Source: Heteronotia binoei
Lineage: Eukaryota
Assembly (NCBI RefSeq): GCF_032191835.1
Contig: NC_083239.1
Location: forward strand, 39,494,001-39,558,000
Length of the DNA stretch: 64,000 nucleotides
Reading direction: 5' to 3'
The notes beneath the pieces were generated by a model. That model worked only from the letters and a program-made list of their open reading frames with translations, did not search any database and was not told where the DNA came from. Of this stretch, positions 1-11,100 are shown piece after piece. The position numbers were made by a program, and so were the translations under genes. The stretch's first letter is position 1. Each line of letters starts with the position of its first letter.

Positions 1-379
1 AGTGCCTCTACCTCAAAAAACAGTTCCCCCAGAGCCCCAGAAACCTCCAGATCTATTCCCCATTATATCCTATGAGAATCGATCGCTACATAGGGAATAA
101 TGAAGTGCTCAGCAGACGTCGTCCCCCCCCCCGTTTCTGGCGACTCTGAAGCAAGGGATTGGCCTCTCTACTCACGAGTTGCTGCCAACTTCTTCACAGC
201 AACACAGACACACCATCCCAAGAGGAAGCCTTTCCAATCAGGGACTGAAGCCTCCGGAGGTAGAAAGGCACATTGTCCTCTGGGGGCGGGGCTTCCCCCC
301 GCCAGCCAACTGACTGGAGGCGGGAAGGAGTCTGGGAAAGCGGAAGCACCCCCGCTGGGACCTGGGGATTGGCAAACCT
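1..379 (+). mobile_element. Right part of a non-autonomous hAT-type MITE (truncated by window start)
   Basis: Ends in ggggattggcaaaccta, the terminal motif shared by many elements in this window; internal ccccagagccccag and tatagggaataatg blocks. Confidence 0.7.
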
Positions 380-737
380 AATTCAGAATATTATAGAGTG
401 ATTTTTGAATTTAAAAATTCGGTAGCAAATTTGCTACTGTCGTTATGCCAATAAAGGTTCTGTGACTATGAAAAATTCAGTGGATTTATATTACATGAAG
501 TTTCATTGTTTTAAAAGTACATGAATTGGGAACATAGGTGTTCTTTAGTTTCTTGGTTATGATACTGTGTGTTGTTGTTGCTGTAAAAATCTCCAGGTGG
601 TGGCTGGAGATTACCCGGGATTACAACTGATATGTAGGCGACAGATATCAGTTCACCTGAGAAGATGGATGCTTTGGAAGGTGGACTCCATAACATTATA
701 CTCCATTGAAGTCTCTCCCCTTCCCACACCACCCCCT

Positions 738-1825
738 TAAGGTTTCCAAGTCCAATTCAAGAAATATCTGGGGACTTTGGGGGTGAAGCCAGGAGACTTT
801 GGGGCTGGAGCCAGAAACAATGTTGTGACAAGCATAATTGAACTCCAAAGGGAGTTCTGGCTATCAAATTTATATGGACTGCACACTTCTTTAAAAACCT
901 TCCCTCTATTGGAAATAATGAAGTATATTAGCACCTTCTTTTGGGGCTCAGAATTGGATACCCTTGATAAGGGTAAAATACAGGTCTCTTGGGGCACCAC
1001 ACCCTGAACTGGTTACAAGACTATAATACAGGCCCTGTCAGCAGTTGCTTGGACTTGTGAGATACAGCAGCAATTGCTCAAGATTAGACCAGGTTGTGAA
1101 AACACCTTGCTAGCAATTACTCATGGAAAGTCTCAAACTTTGCTAAAACTGCTATCTCTTCAATTTATTTTTCTCCTCATGCCATTAATCATGGAAAAGT
1201 CCCAAATCTTAAAATGCTATCTCTGCAATTCACTGTTTTTCTTCTCGCTCAGCAAGTATTAATCATGCCGGACGAAGAGGGGCGGAATGTCCATATAGGG
1301 TTATCTGCGTCGGTTACAAGCCAGAGTGGGAGCCCTTCGTCTACGACCCGATTGGTCAAAGGGACAGTTAGAGGCTGGAGCGTCGGGAGCCTTAAAATGA
1401 GCTGTGTTGTACACAGACTTCAGAGACCACACCTATCTCAGGTGCTGCTCTCTCCATGCCTGCAGACATGTATACCAATAAACCTGCTTGTTGCTGCTGA
1501 AATTTGTTTGGTGTTTTCTTTATAGGACAAAAACTGCCCATAACACCCTGGTCCAGTCTTTTTGAAACTTGGAGGGTACTTTGAGGAGAGGCACTGGATG
1601 CTATGCTGAAAATTTGGTGCTTCTACCTCAAAAAGCAGTACACCCAGAGCCCCAGATACCTGCAGATCAATTCTCCGTTATACCATATGGGAATCGGTCT
1701 CCCTAGGGAATAATGGAATGCCCAGCTGTCCCTCCCCCCCCCTCACTTTCTGATGACCCTGAAGCAGGGCGGAGGGTCTCCAAACCAGGGGATCCCCTGC
1801 CCCCACCTGGGGATTGGCAACACTG
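738..1825 (+). mobile_element. hAT-type MITE interrupted by a solo LTR
   Basis: Starts taaggtttccaagtccaattcaag, resumes at 1546 (ccctggtcc) and ends ggggattggcaacactg. Confidence 0.7.
965..1545 (+). mobile_element. Solo LTR (retroviral or Gypsy type), 581 bp
   Basis: TG...CA ends (tgataagg...cataaca), 4-bp TSD CCCT at 961-964 and 1546-1549, AATAAA at about 1478; splits a MITE cleanly. Confidence 0.8.
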
Positions 1826-2252
1826 CCAATCAGAGAAAGAGGAGAGCTGGAATAAAAGTCCAGGGCAGTAGAAGCCTTTGGTTCTTTTCCTAGGAGGCAG
1901 AGCTGAGGAAGGGCTACTGCAGGGAAGAGACCCTCACCTTTAGAGGAAGGGTGAGTAGGCCCAAGTCTGACTGAGACAGTCTAGGGACAGTAAGTCCAGA
2001 TGCGTTAGGGCATTTATTTATTTTCCCTTTGCCCCTTTTACTGTTTAATGCACCTTGTTCATTTATATTGCACTGATCTGTTCTGTTGTTCACTTTTGTT
2101 CTGTTGTTCACTCTGCCTGGTCCTCACACCTATTATTCGGCCTTAGCTAAAGCAGGCCTGAAGGGATTGGGAGGGTACTCTGAGCCTTCCCAAGGGGGAT
2201 CCTTAACCCAGAGTGGTGGCAGTGATTGGTAACACCCCCCTGAGTTGTGACA
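1826..2252 (+). mobile_element. Probable 3' part of an LTR
   Basis: ccaatc and ggaataaaag motifs and a terminus ...gagttgtgaca; 5' end not identified and no TSD found. Confidence 0.35.
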
Positions 2253-2352
2253 AAGCTCTTGGAGGATTGCCTAAACCAGGGGTGTGTGGCCTAATATGCA
2301 AAGGAGCTCCTGCTACAAAGTGAGCCCTGGATTACCGTTCTTGCTGCAGCAC

Positions 2353-3219
2353 TAGGGTTGCCAAGTCCAATTCAAGAAATATCTGGGGACTTTGGGGGTG
2401 GAGCCAGGAGACTTTGGGGGTGGAGCCAGGAGACATTGGGGGCGGAGCCAGGAACAAGGGTGTGACAAGCATAATTGAACTCCAAGGGAGTTCTAGTCAT
2501 CACATTTAAAGGGACAGCACACCTTTTTAAATGTCTTTCTTCCATAGGAAATAATGAAGGATAGGGGCACCTTCTTTTGGGGCTCATAGAACTGGACCCC
2601 CTGGTCCAATCATTTTGAAACTTGGAGGGTATTTTGGGGAGAGGCACTAGATACTATACTGAAAATTTGGTGCCTCTACCTAAAAAAAAAAGCTCCCCCA
2701 GAGCCCCCGAAACCTCCAGATCAATTCCCCATTACACCCTATGAGAAATATTTCACATAGGGAATAATGACGACGTTTCCCTCTCCTCCACACACCCCCT
2801 TCTCGCAAATCTGATGTAGGGGATTGGCTCTCTACTCACCAGCCAGCTTCTTCACAGTAACAAAGACACAGACACATAGACAGAAAGTTGAAGCCTTTCA
2901 CCACCTCCGGAGGTGCAAAGGCACATGGTCTTTTAGGGCGGGGCAGGAAGCAGCCTGGGAAAGCTCCGGCTGCTGCGATGGAGCTGGAAGGGGAGGGGCA
3001 AGGAGAAGCTGCTGCGATCGGAGGTAAGAAGGGAAGGGAAGGGAGGAGGAGAACCATCAGGGATCGGTGGGAAGGGGAGAGGAGAAGCTGCTGGGCTCTA
3101 GGCTGCGTGGGAAGGGCAGCCACCCCCCCCCCCCGCTTTCTGGATTTTTGCCAAGCGGGGGGAGGAGGAGGCTCCAAATCGGGGGTCCCCCGCCCAGGCG
3201 AGGGATTTGGGAAGCCTGT
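2353..3219 (+). mobile_element. Composite hAT-type MITE
   Basis: tagggttgccaagtccaattc left end; gggatttgggaagcctg right end. Confidence 0.6.
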
Positions 3220-3342
3220 GCAGCACATAGTTTCACAATTAATTCCTTTCATACCGGAGGAATTATTTTCAATTCTTTGTTACATAATTTGAACAGCAAA
3301 AAAAAAAAATCTATTCTCAATGGAATTGTATGACAGTAATAA

Positions 3343-3450
3343 TCTGGATGGGGCATAATCTGGATGGGCCATTGGCCTGATCCAACATGGCTTCTCTTAT
3401 GTTCTTATTAAAAATATGGAGCAGAGGTCCATCAGTGGCTATTAGCCACA

Positions 3451-3484
<34 letters not shown>

Positions 3485-3575
3485 TTATAAAAATTTTGGC
3501 CACTGTGTGACACAGAGTGTTGGACTGGATGGGCCATTGGCCTGATCCAACATGGCTTCTCTTATGTTCTTATAT
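3343..3575 (+). mobile_element. CR1 LINE 3' tail fragments with a (GT)n microsatellite
   Basis: Two copies of gatgggccattggcctgatccaacatggcttctcttatgttcttat, matching the 3' end of the CR1 at 45610-46630; (GT)n at about 3452-3484. Confidence 0.8.
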
Positions 3576-3933
3576 TCTTAATATGATAAATTTGCTTTTA
3601 TACTCAGGCCCAGCACCAGGGGTTCCGGTGCCTTAAACCCTGTCCCTGCCCCACCAGACCTGAGAGGGCAAGAAGGCCTCTATGCTCTTTGGAGACCTGC
3701 CTTCTCATGCAAGGGAAGACAGGCTCCAAAAGCACAAGCGTCCCACCCCGCTGCTTTTATCTTTGGGGAGGTGAAAGCGGCAGCTCAGTGCCTGCACCCC
3801 CGCTTTCTGGGGTCAGATGTGCAGACCCGGAAAGGTGATAGCAGCAGGGTAGCATGTGCACTCAGAGTGAGTGTACTATAAGGGGAGGGAGTGCTCAGAG
3901 CCTCAGTAGGTCAGGCGGTACCATAGGCAACCG

Positions 3934-4463
3934 TAGGGTTGCCAAGTCCAATTCAAGAAATATCTGAGGACTTTGGGGATGGAGCCAGGAGACTTTGGGG
4001 GTGGAGCCAGGAGACATTAGGTGTGGAGCCAAGATCAAGGCTGTGACAGGCATAATTGAACTCCAAAGGGAGTTCGGACCATCATATTTAAAGGGACCGC
4101 ACACCTTTTCAATGCCTTCCTTCCATAGGAAATCATTAAGGATAGGGGCACCTTCTTTGGGGGCTCATAGAATTGGATCCCCTGGTCCAATCTTTTTGAA
4201 ACTTGGGGGGTATTTTGGGGAGAGGCGCTAGATGCTACACTGAAAATTTGGTGCCTCTATCCCAAAAAACAGGCTCCCCAGAGCCCCAGATACTCGCAGA
4301 TCAATTCTCCATGATTTTCTATGGGAATAAATCTCCATAGGGAATAATAGAGTTCCCAGCAGACAATTCCCTCCCCTCCCCCTGCTTTCTGACGACCCTG
4401 AAGCGGGGGGAGGGCCTCCAAACCGGGGGATCCCCTGCCCCCACCTGGGGATTGGCAACCCTA
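3934..4463 (+). mobile_element. Complete non-autonomous hAT MITE, 530 bp
   Basis: TIRs TAGGGTTGCCAA...TTGGCAACCCTA; perfect 8-bp TSD GGCAACCG at 3926-3933 and 4464-4471. Confidence 0.9.
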
Positions 4464-6204
4464 GGCAACCGCCTACCTGGCCATCTCATACTCTGTACCA
4501 TTGGTCATTATGTTGTTAGCCGCCCTGAGCCTGCTTCGGCGGGGGAGGGCGGGATACAAATAAAATTTTACTTACTTACTTACTTACTTACTCATACGAA
4601 CCGGCCTTGTTTGTACTTAAACTCAAAACTGCAGGATAGCCCTGTACTCCCAGTAGCAATGTTTGTATATGCCTTCAACTCCACAACCCTTCCAGCAGGG
4701 TGGACTGAGGGCATATGGTGTAATTTCTGTGGCAAGAGGTACCGTCTTGATAGTGTTTTAAAGAATTGCATTTTTATCACAACAGCTTTTGATCAGAACA
4801 GCTGAGGTTTTGTGAAGGGTTCTGCATTTCACCGTAGCCCTTTTGTGGTGACACTTTGTAGACTTGCTCATGATTCTGAGAGTAACCACAGTCTTAATTA
4901 GTTAGCGACCTTTGCTACAAACATTACAATGGAAAATGCAAGCCAATTAAACCAAGGATTTAAACATACACACTCTTCATCAATGCAGCATATGATACAG
5001 AGAGAGCTAACCTAGTCACAAGTGGGATAAATTGTTCAGGTGGGAGACTTTCCCTGCCCCATTTATTATAATCCTTGGCAGAAGGGAAACTCAACATCAA
5101 ATGGAGCCTAACAGAATCTAACAGAAGGGAAGCTAAACATCAAATACCAAAATACCATTCTTCAGTGCTGCTTTTCTCCTTAAATCAGGGATGCAAGGTT
5201 CCAAATTACTTCTCAGGGAGAAAAGCTACTTAGAGGAGGTATTTTGAGGAGGGTGGGAGAAGTTTTGTCCCGCTCAAACTCAGTGGTGAGTTCTCATCAA
5301 TTCCCCTGTGAGGGCTGCCTGATTTGTATCAGAACCACGTCATGCATGGATGCCAGATTTCCTTTATGTGCCATCTTCCTGAACTGAAGACATCGTCTTG
5401 GGCACTATTTGGCCTACTGGAGAAAGTCAGGTGTTTGCTAGGCTACTTGGGGGTTTCCCATCAGCCAGACCACTTCAGTTCAGGAAAATGGTACAGGGGG
5501 AGGCTGAAGCTGATTCATCACATGTAATGTAGTCCTAATCCAAGTTGGGCATTGCAGCCCTGGGAACTGAGAAGGACCCATAACTGCTATGGAATTGTTG
5601 TACAGGGTGTGGATTCCAGCAGGGCTTTTTTGTTGGAAAAGCCCAGCATGAGCTCATTTGCATGTTAAGCCACACACCCCGATGTCACCGTTGTTTCACA
5701 CAGGGCTTTCTGTGTAGGAAAAGCCCAGCAGGAACTCATTTGCATATTAGGCCACACCCTCTAACACCAAGCCAGCCAGAAGTGCGTTGCTGGGCATTCC
5801 TGCTCAGAAAAAGTCCTGGACTCCAGTCCAGACTCAAAACCAGCGTGCTCTGTAATGTGTGACTCAGCAATCACAGAGCTTCCTGTCCTAGCTCATGAGC
5901 TCAACAACCATGTCAAACCAAACCTCTTTTTTGGTTTTAGAAAGGAGAAGGAAAGAAAACCACAGCGTTCACTGGCTTAACAAAAAAAGGGAATTTCACT
6001 TTTAAAACGTAGGGGAAAATGTCGACAATTTAGTTATTTCCCTTGTTTGTAATCCACCTTTATTACTGAGAGTGGAGCTCTATTACACATTGAAAGTGGA
6101 TGCAGTCAATAGGATAAGACATCTGTATAATGTAAAAGGACTAGGATTAGTGAAACATGAAACAAAGCATAAATATAAGACAGGATATGTTAAACTCAAT
6201 TTAA

Positions 6205-6330
6205 AAGGCAAGGGCAGTCCCCTGTGCAAGCACCGAATTGTAACCAACCCATGGGGTGATGTTGCATCACGATGTTTTATTGGCCGACTTTTTACAGTGT
6301 GGCTTGCCATTGCCTTCCCCAATCATCTAC
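6205..6330 (+). mobile_element. Sauria-SINE-like fragment
   Basis: agggcagtcccctgtgcaagcacc...gactttttacagtgtggcttgccattgccttcccc, recognised from recall of squamate Sauria SINE sequence. Confidence 0.55.
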
Positions 6331-6738
6331 ACAATTTAGGCCGCTACAAAATTGATAAGGGGAAAAATAAGATATAAGGGGGAAAATTAGAACTAAACAC
6401 CCTGATGCAAAATAATATATGTCTGCTCAGACCCATCTTGGATCCTGTTTCTTGATCATAGAGCAGGAGCGATTGATTAAGAAACCATGGAATTTCTGTA
6501 ACCCATTGTCACCTCTGGGTACAACCACATATTCCTAGATAATTCTAGGAATTGACAGAAAGTCTACGATTTTACTATAGAGTTTCCATCCATTCCTGGA
6601 CCTACCCACTGCCACTTCCAGCTTGTACCCAGAGCTGATGTACCAGCATGGAAGCCAGCAGTGATCTTATTATTTTCTTCTTGCTGCCACTCAAGGCACA
6701 GGTGGGCAATGGAGAAGGTCAGTGAGGAGATTCCCCAC

Positions 6739-6903
6739 GGGTGGAATTCTAGCAGGAGCTCCTTTGCATATTAAGCCACACTCCCTGATGTAGCCAATCC
6801 TCCAAGAGCTTACAAAAAAGAGCCTTGTAAGCTCTTAAAGGATTGTCTACCTCAGGGGATGTGGCCTAATATGCGAAGGAGCTACTGCTAGAATTCCACC
6901 CCT
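6739..6903. repeat. Palindromic (foldback) MITE; related copies near 8418-8572, 17286-17450, 28062-28215, 29000-29180, 33130-33300 and 48020-48195
   Basis: ggtggaattctagcaggagctcctttgcatatt...aatatgcgaaggagctactgctagaattccacc is self-complementary over its length. Confidence 0.8.
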
Positions 6904-7038
6904 GAGCTTCCTTGTGTAGTGAGAGAATTCGTAGTCCTACAGACAGTACAGAGCAGGTTCTGTGTGGAATTATGAACAGAGACATCAAATGGTCTTGCAG
7001 GGAAAGCGGGAAATTTTAGAAACCAGGATCAGCAGCAT

Positions 7039-8115
7039 TTATAAGCCCTGAGGGTCCAGGTCCACTGAGGATTTGGTCCTAGTTTGTGTTGTACTCTGGC
7101 TTTCCTCCTCAGCGAAGGCGTTCTCAAATACCGAGAGGATGGAGCGTCTCAGTCTTTCCTTGAAATCATGACCCATGAAGACATACAAGATGGGGTTCAG
7201 GCAGCTGTTGATGAAGGCCAGGCTGGATGTCAGAGGAATGCCAATAATGAGTGCCAGATGCAGGGTGGGGTCCTTGTAGACTTGAATCTCCAGGAAAGAG
7301 AAAACATGATAGGGGAGCCAGCAGACGAAAAAGGCCACAATCACTGCAGTGATGACCTTGAAGGGCTTGCTCGACCGGGCCAAGCGGTCCCTCCTCAGCC
7401 GCAGAACAATCGCCCCGTAGCAAATAAGGATGACTTGAAAGGGGATCACAAAGGCAAAGATGAAACGGCTGATAATCATGGCACGGTGGGTGACTTTTGC
7501 CTTTTGGGCATCATGGCTATAGTTGCTATAGCAGTAGATCCCATCCTCCCTCTGGAGGGTCTTCCTGAAATGGATGTTCGGTGAACTCAACACGAGGGCC
7601 AAAATCCAGACCCCGAGAGCCACGAAGGAAGCACATCGGGGGTTCCGGTGATTTTGAGCCCACACAGGGCATAACACGGAAATACAGCGGTCAATGCTGA
7701 TCACCATGAGGAGGTAGACGCTGGCATAAAGGTTGACGAAGGCCAAGCTGCTGTTGAACTTGCACATGGCCTCCCCAAAGGGCCAGTGAAAGTCCAGGGC
7801 TAGGTAGGCAATGCTCAGGGGCAGGAAGAAGGTGAAGGTGAAGTCGGCAATGGCCAAGTTGAGGAACCAGATGGTGTTGACCGTCTTCTTCATACGGAAG
7901 CCGGTGATGAAAATGACCAGCCCGTTTCCAATGACCCCCAGAACAAAGGCAATGCTATAGATGACTATAGACAGGATGTTCAGCCTTTTCCGCAAAGTTT
8001 GTTGGAAGAGAATCGTTTCATCATCATCATAATAATAGTCATAATAGACGGCTGTGGTGACACTGGAACCAGGGTAAGCAACCCCATGAGGGGTAAGCTG
8101 AGTTGTGTTGTCCAT
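7039..8115 (-). CDS. Chemerin-like receptor (CMKLR1-like GPCR), copy 1, 358 aa
   Basis: 7TM class A motifs GNGLV, NLAIADF, DRC, CWLPYH, NSCLNPILY. MKKTVN and CISVLCPVWAQNHR match the CMKLR1/FPR/GPR33 family. Start MDNTT at 8115, downstream of a splice acceptor (AG at 8156-8155). ECL2 is shorter than in mammalian CMKLR1, so orthology is not claimed. Confidence 0.92.
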   Translation of the reverse strand: MDNTTQLTPHGVAYPGSSVTTAVYYDYYYDDDETILFQQTLRKRLNILSIVIYSIAFVLGVIGNGLVIFITGFRMKKTVNTIWFLNLAIADFTFTFFLPLSIAYLALDFHWPFGEAMCKFNSSLAFVNLYASVYLLMVISIDRCISVLCPVWAQNHRNPRCASFVALGVWILALVLSSPNIHFRKTLQREDGIYCYSNYSHDAQKAKVTHRAMIISRFIFAFVIPFQVILICYGAIVLRLRRDRLARSSKPFKVITAVIVAFFVCWLPYHVFSFLEIQVYKDPTLHLALIIGIPLTSSLAFINSCLNPILYVFMGHDFKERLRRSILSVFENAFAEEESQSTTQTRTKSSVDLDPQGL

Positions 8116-8214
8116 GGCCTTTTGATGGAGACTCTCCTTTTTGCTTGTCTTCTCCTGGATGGAAAAAGAAGGAAGAACGTAAGTACTGCCTTGTGTGATC
8201 AGGGGATTGTCCAT

Positions 8215-8400
8215 CTATCGGAACAATCGGTTTCCAACAGCTACCAACCACCTGTGGAGCTTCACAAGCAAAGACCTGTAGAGGACAGCTTTTGCCCTGG
8301 AATTTGTGCTCCACCATCTGGTTGCCAGAAGGCTGAACCACAGAGTTTTGGTGGGGTGCTAGAATGGCCATACTGATGTCACTTCCAGTCATGTTAGAAT
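8215..8400. promoter_or_regulatory. Conserved intronic block upstream of the coding exon (also about 27850-28030, 34540-34720, 49420-49600)
   Basis: Near-identical non-repeat sequence in all four full copies, including an AACCACA RUNX-type motif and a CATCTG E-box; function inferred. Confidence 0.4.
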
Positions 8401-9340
8401 TGACATCAGCATGACCAGGGGTGAAATTCTAGCAGGAGCTCCTTTGCATATTAGGCCACACACCCTTGATGTAGCGCTTACAAAGAAGAGCCTTGTAAGC
8501 TCTTGGAGGATTGGTTACATCAAGGGGGTGTGGCCTAATATGCAAAGGAGCTCCTGCCAGAATTCCACCCCCAAGCACATCAGTATGCTGATGATTGTTC
8601 CTCTCAACCCCCTATGTTCTCCCATGGCTCAGATGACCAGCAGCAGGAAGAGTCCACTGAAGATGAGAGATTCCCCACTCCAGCAGGAACTTGGAAAGCC
8701 TATGGGCCAACCTGGCTCTGCCCTTTTGGAAGTGCTTGGTGTGATGACCCTGGGTCTCAGACTTGCAGAAGCAAGTGACCACAGAGTGTGCTATCAGATT
8801 GGCCAACTCTAAGCACCTTCCTATCTACTCTCTGCTGTCACCATCTCCCTTTAGAAGTGGAGATGAACACTCCATAGGGAGAAAGCAACTTCCATATTCT
8901 CTCTGACTGATTTTGCACTCAGCGCTTGCTTCACTTTCATCATGTGGTTGTTGGCTGAGGTTGGACTTGCCGGATTTCCCATTTGAGAATTTGCTGCGCC
9001 CGTGCTCTCAAGCCGATGGATTTCATATTTGATATTAAGCATTCTGGCCCACTTCTAACTCCCCAGTATGCCGGCGTCTTGGGTGTGTTTTCCCCCTAAT
9101 GCTTCCTCTCTTCCCCCAACCCTTTCTCCTTTTTTTAAGGCATGCTTGGTCGCATTACAGCATGAGCATGAAAAAAAATGAGAATGCCTCTCTCTATTCC
9201 CCTCTCGCATCACTTCCTCTCCTCCCTGCCCCTTTCACCTTTTTTAGGCATGTGTGGTTGTGTTACAACATGAGCACAAACAAAAGGAATTGAGAACTTC
9301 CCTTTCTCAGTCCACCAGCATGCAAAGCATCATGCTGCAA

Positions 9341-9759
9341 TAGGGTTGCCAAGTCCAATTCAAGAAATCTCTGGAGACTTTGGAGGTGGAGCCAGGAGAC
9401 TTTGGGGGTGGAGCCAGGAGACACTGGGGTGGAGCTAGGAGCAAGGGTATGACAAGCATCACTGAACCCCAACGGGAGTTTTGGCCATCGCATTTCAAGG
9501 GACGGCACACCTTTTTAAACGTCTTCCTTCCCTCCACCCTCCTCTTCTTTGATTTCACCTCAGAGGTGGAGCGGAGCGGGCGACGCCGCTGCGCAGCCGC
9601 CGCCTCTTCTCCGCTTTACCGTAATTTCTCCTCCGAGATTCGCGGCTCGCCACGCTCCTTGGTGCCGTTCCCCCCCCCTGCTTCCATTTTTTTGGAGAGC
9701 GGGGGAAGAGGCTGTAAATCCTGGGGTCCCCCACCAGGGCAGGAGGGTTGGGAAGCCTA
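9341..9759 (+). mobile_element. hAT MITE with GC-rich core
   Basis: tagggttgcc...gggaagccta ends; perfect 8-bp TSD TGCTGCAA at 9333-9340 and 9760-9767. Confidence 0.85.
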
Positions 9760-9799
9760 TGCTGCAACCATGTGTGATAGGGCCAGTAACAGCTGTAGG

Positions 9800-10778
9800 T
9801 AGAGTTGCCAATCCCCAGGTGGGGGCAGGGGATCCCCCAGTTTGGAGGCCCTCCCCCTGCTTCAGGGTCAGCAGAAAGTGGGAGGCAGAAAGGGAAATGT
9901 CTGCTGGGCACTCCATTATTCACTATGGAGACCGATTCCCATAGGGTATAATGGAGAATTGATCCATGGGTATCTGGGGGTCTCGGGGGCTGTTTTTTTG
10001 AGGTAGAGGCACCAAATTTGTGGCATAGCATTCAGTGCCTCTCTCCAAAATACCCTCCAAGTTTCAAACAGATTGGACCAGGGGGTCCAGTTCTCTGAGC
10101 CCCCAAAGAAGGTGCCCCTATCTTTCATTATGGAGGGAAGGCATTTAAAAGGTGTGTGGTCCCTTTAAATGTGATGGCCAGAACTCCCCTTGGAGTTCAG
10201 TTATGCTTCTCACACCCTTGCTCCTGGCTCCACCCCAATGTCTCCTGGCTCCACCCCCAAAGTCCCCAGATATTTCTTGAATTGGACTTGGCAATTGGGG
10301 GTGGAACCAGGTTGTGACAAGCATAATTGAACTCCAAAGGGAGTTGTGGCCATCCCATGTAAAGGGACCACACACCTTTTAAATGCCTTCCCTTTTAAAT
10401 GCCTTCCCTCCGTGTGTGGTCCTTTAAATATGCTCAGTTTCCCTCCATTGGAAATAATGGAGGATGGGGACATCTTTGGGGGGGGGCTCATAGAATTGTT
10501 CCCTTTGGTCCAATCTTTCTGAAAACTTGGGGGATATTTTTGAGGAGAGGGACTGGATGCTCTGCAGAAAATTTAGTGCCCCTACCTCAAACGACAGCCC
10601 TCCCAGACCCCCTTGGATCAATTCTCCATGATATACTGTGGGAATTGGTCTCTATAGGGAATAATGGAGTGCCCAGCAGACATTTCCCTTCCCCACCCGC
10701 TTTCTAATGACCCTGAAGTGGGGGAAGGGCCTCCAAACTAAGGGATCCCCTGCCCCCACCTGGGGACTGGCAACCCTA
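9800..10778. mobile_element. Two hAT MITEs fused back-to-back in opposite orientation
   Basis: Minus copy about 9800-10292 and plus copy about 10296-10778, both lacking part of the left end at the junction; no shared TSD found. Confidence 0.6.
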
Positions 10779-10954
10779 CCACCCACACTCCAGATCTCCA
10801 GGAATTTCCCAACCCAGAGTTGGCAACGCTACTTAACCACACCAGCACCACCCTGGGGTACAACGCAGTTCAGAGTGGCACAAGTCCAGTTCCCTGTTTT
10901 GGTCAGCAGAAACGTAGATCCTGTTTCACGTCTCAGGCATTCGGCTGCAGTGCC

Positions 10955-11100
10955 AGTTTGGTGTAGTGGTGAAGTGTTTGATTCCCCACTCCACCACTTG
11001 CACCTGCTGGAATGGCCTTGGGTCATCCATAGCTCTGGCAGAGGTTGTCCTTGAAACAGCAGCTGCTGGGAGAGCCCTCTCAGCCCCACCTGTAGGATGT
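10955..11100 (+). mobile_element. tRNA-derived gecko-type SINE, 5' part
   Basis: agtttggtgtagtggtgaagtgtttgattccccactccaccacttgcacctgctggaatggccttgggtca, same family as 22235-22512 and 52330-52610. Confidence 0.7.

Noticed and set aside
100-4805. Numerous short ORFs containing GLPSPIQEISGDFGGGAR or LGDFGAGAR-type peptides
   Set aside because: Translations of the non-coding hAT MITE termini; no transposase motif anywhere in the window.
7084-7584. Plus-strand ORFs of 166-196 aa antisense to each receptor (7084, 22682, 33390, 48283) as a conserved overlapping gene
   Set aside because: Expected shadow of hydrophobic, GC3-rich TM codons; similarity follows from paralogy; starts and ends vary, and no independent promoter or domain is evident.
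7670-7700. DRC instead of DRY as a sign of inactive receptors
   Set aside because: DRC is the normal motif in CMKLR1 and related chemoattractant receptors.
8116-8214. Longer N-termini from upstream in-frame ATGs (MDNPL..., MFFFF...)
   Set aside because: They run through the polypyrimidine tract and CAG acceptor, differ between copies, and the shared start is MDNTT.
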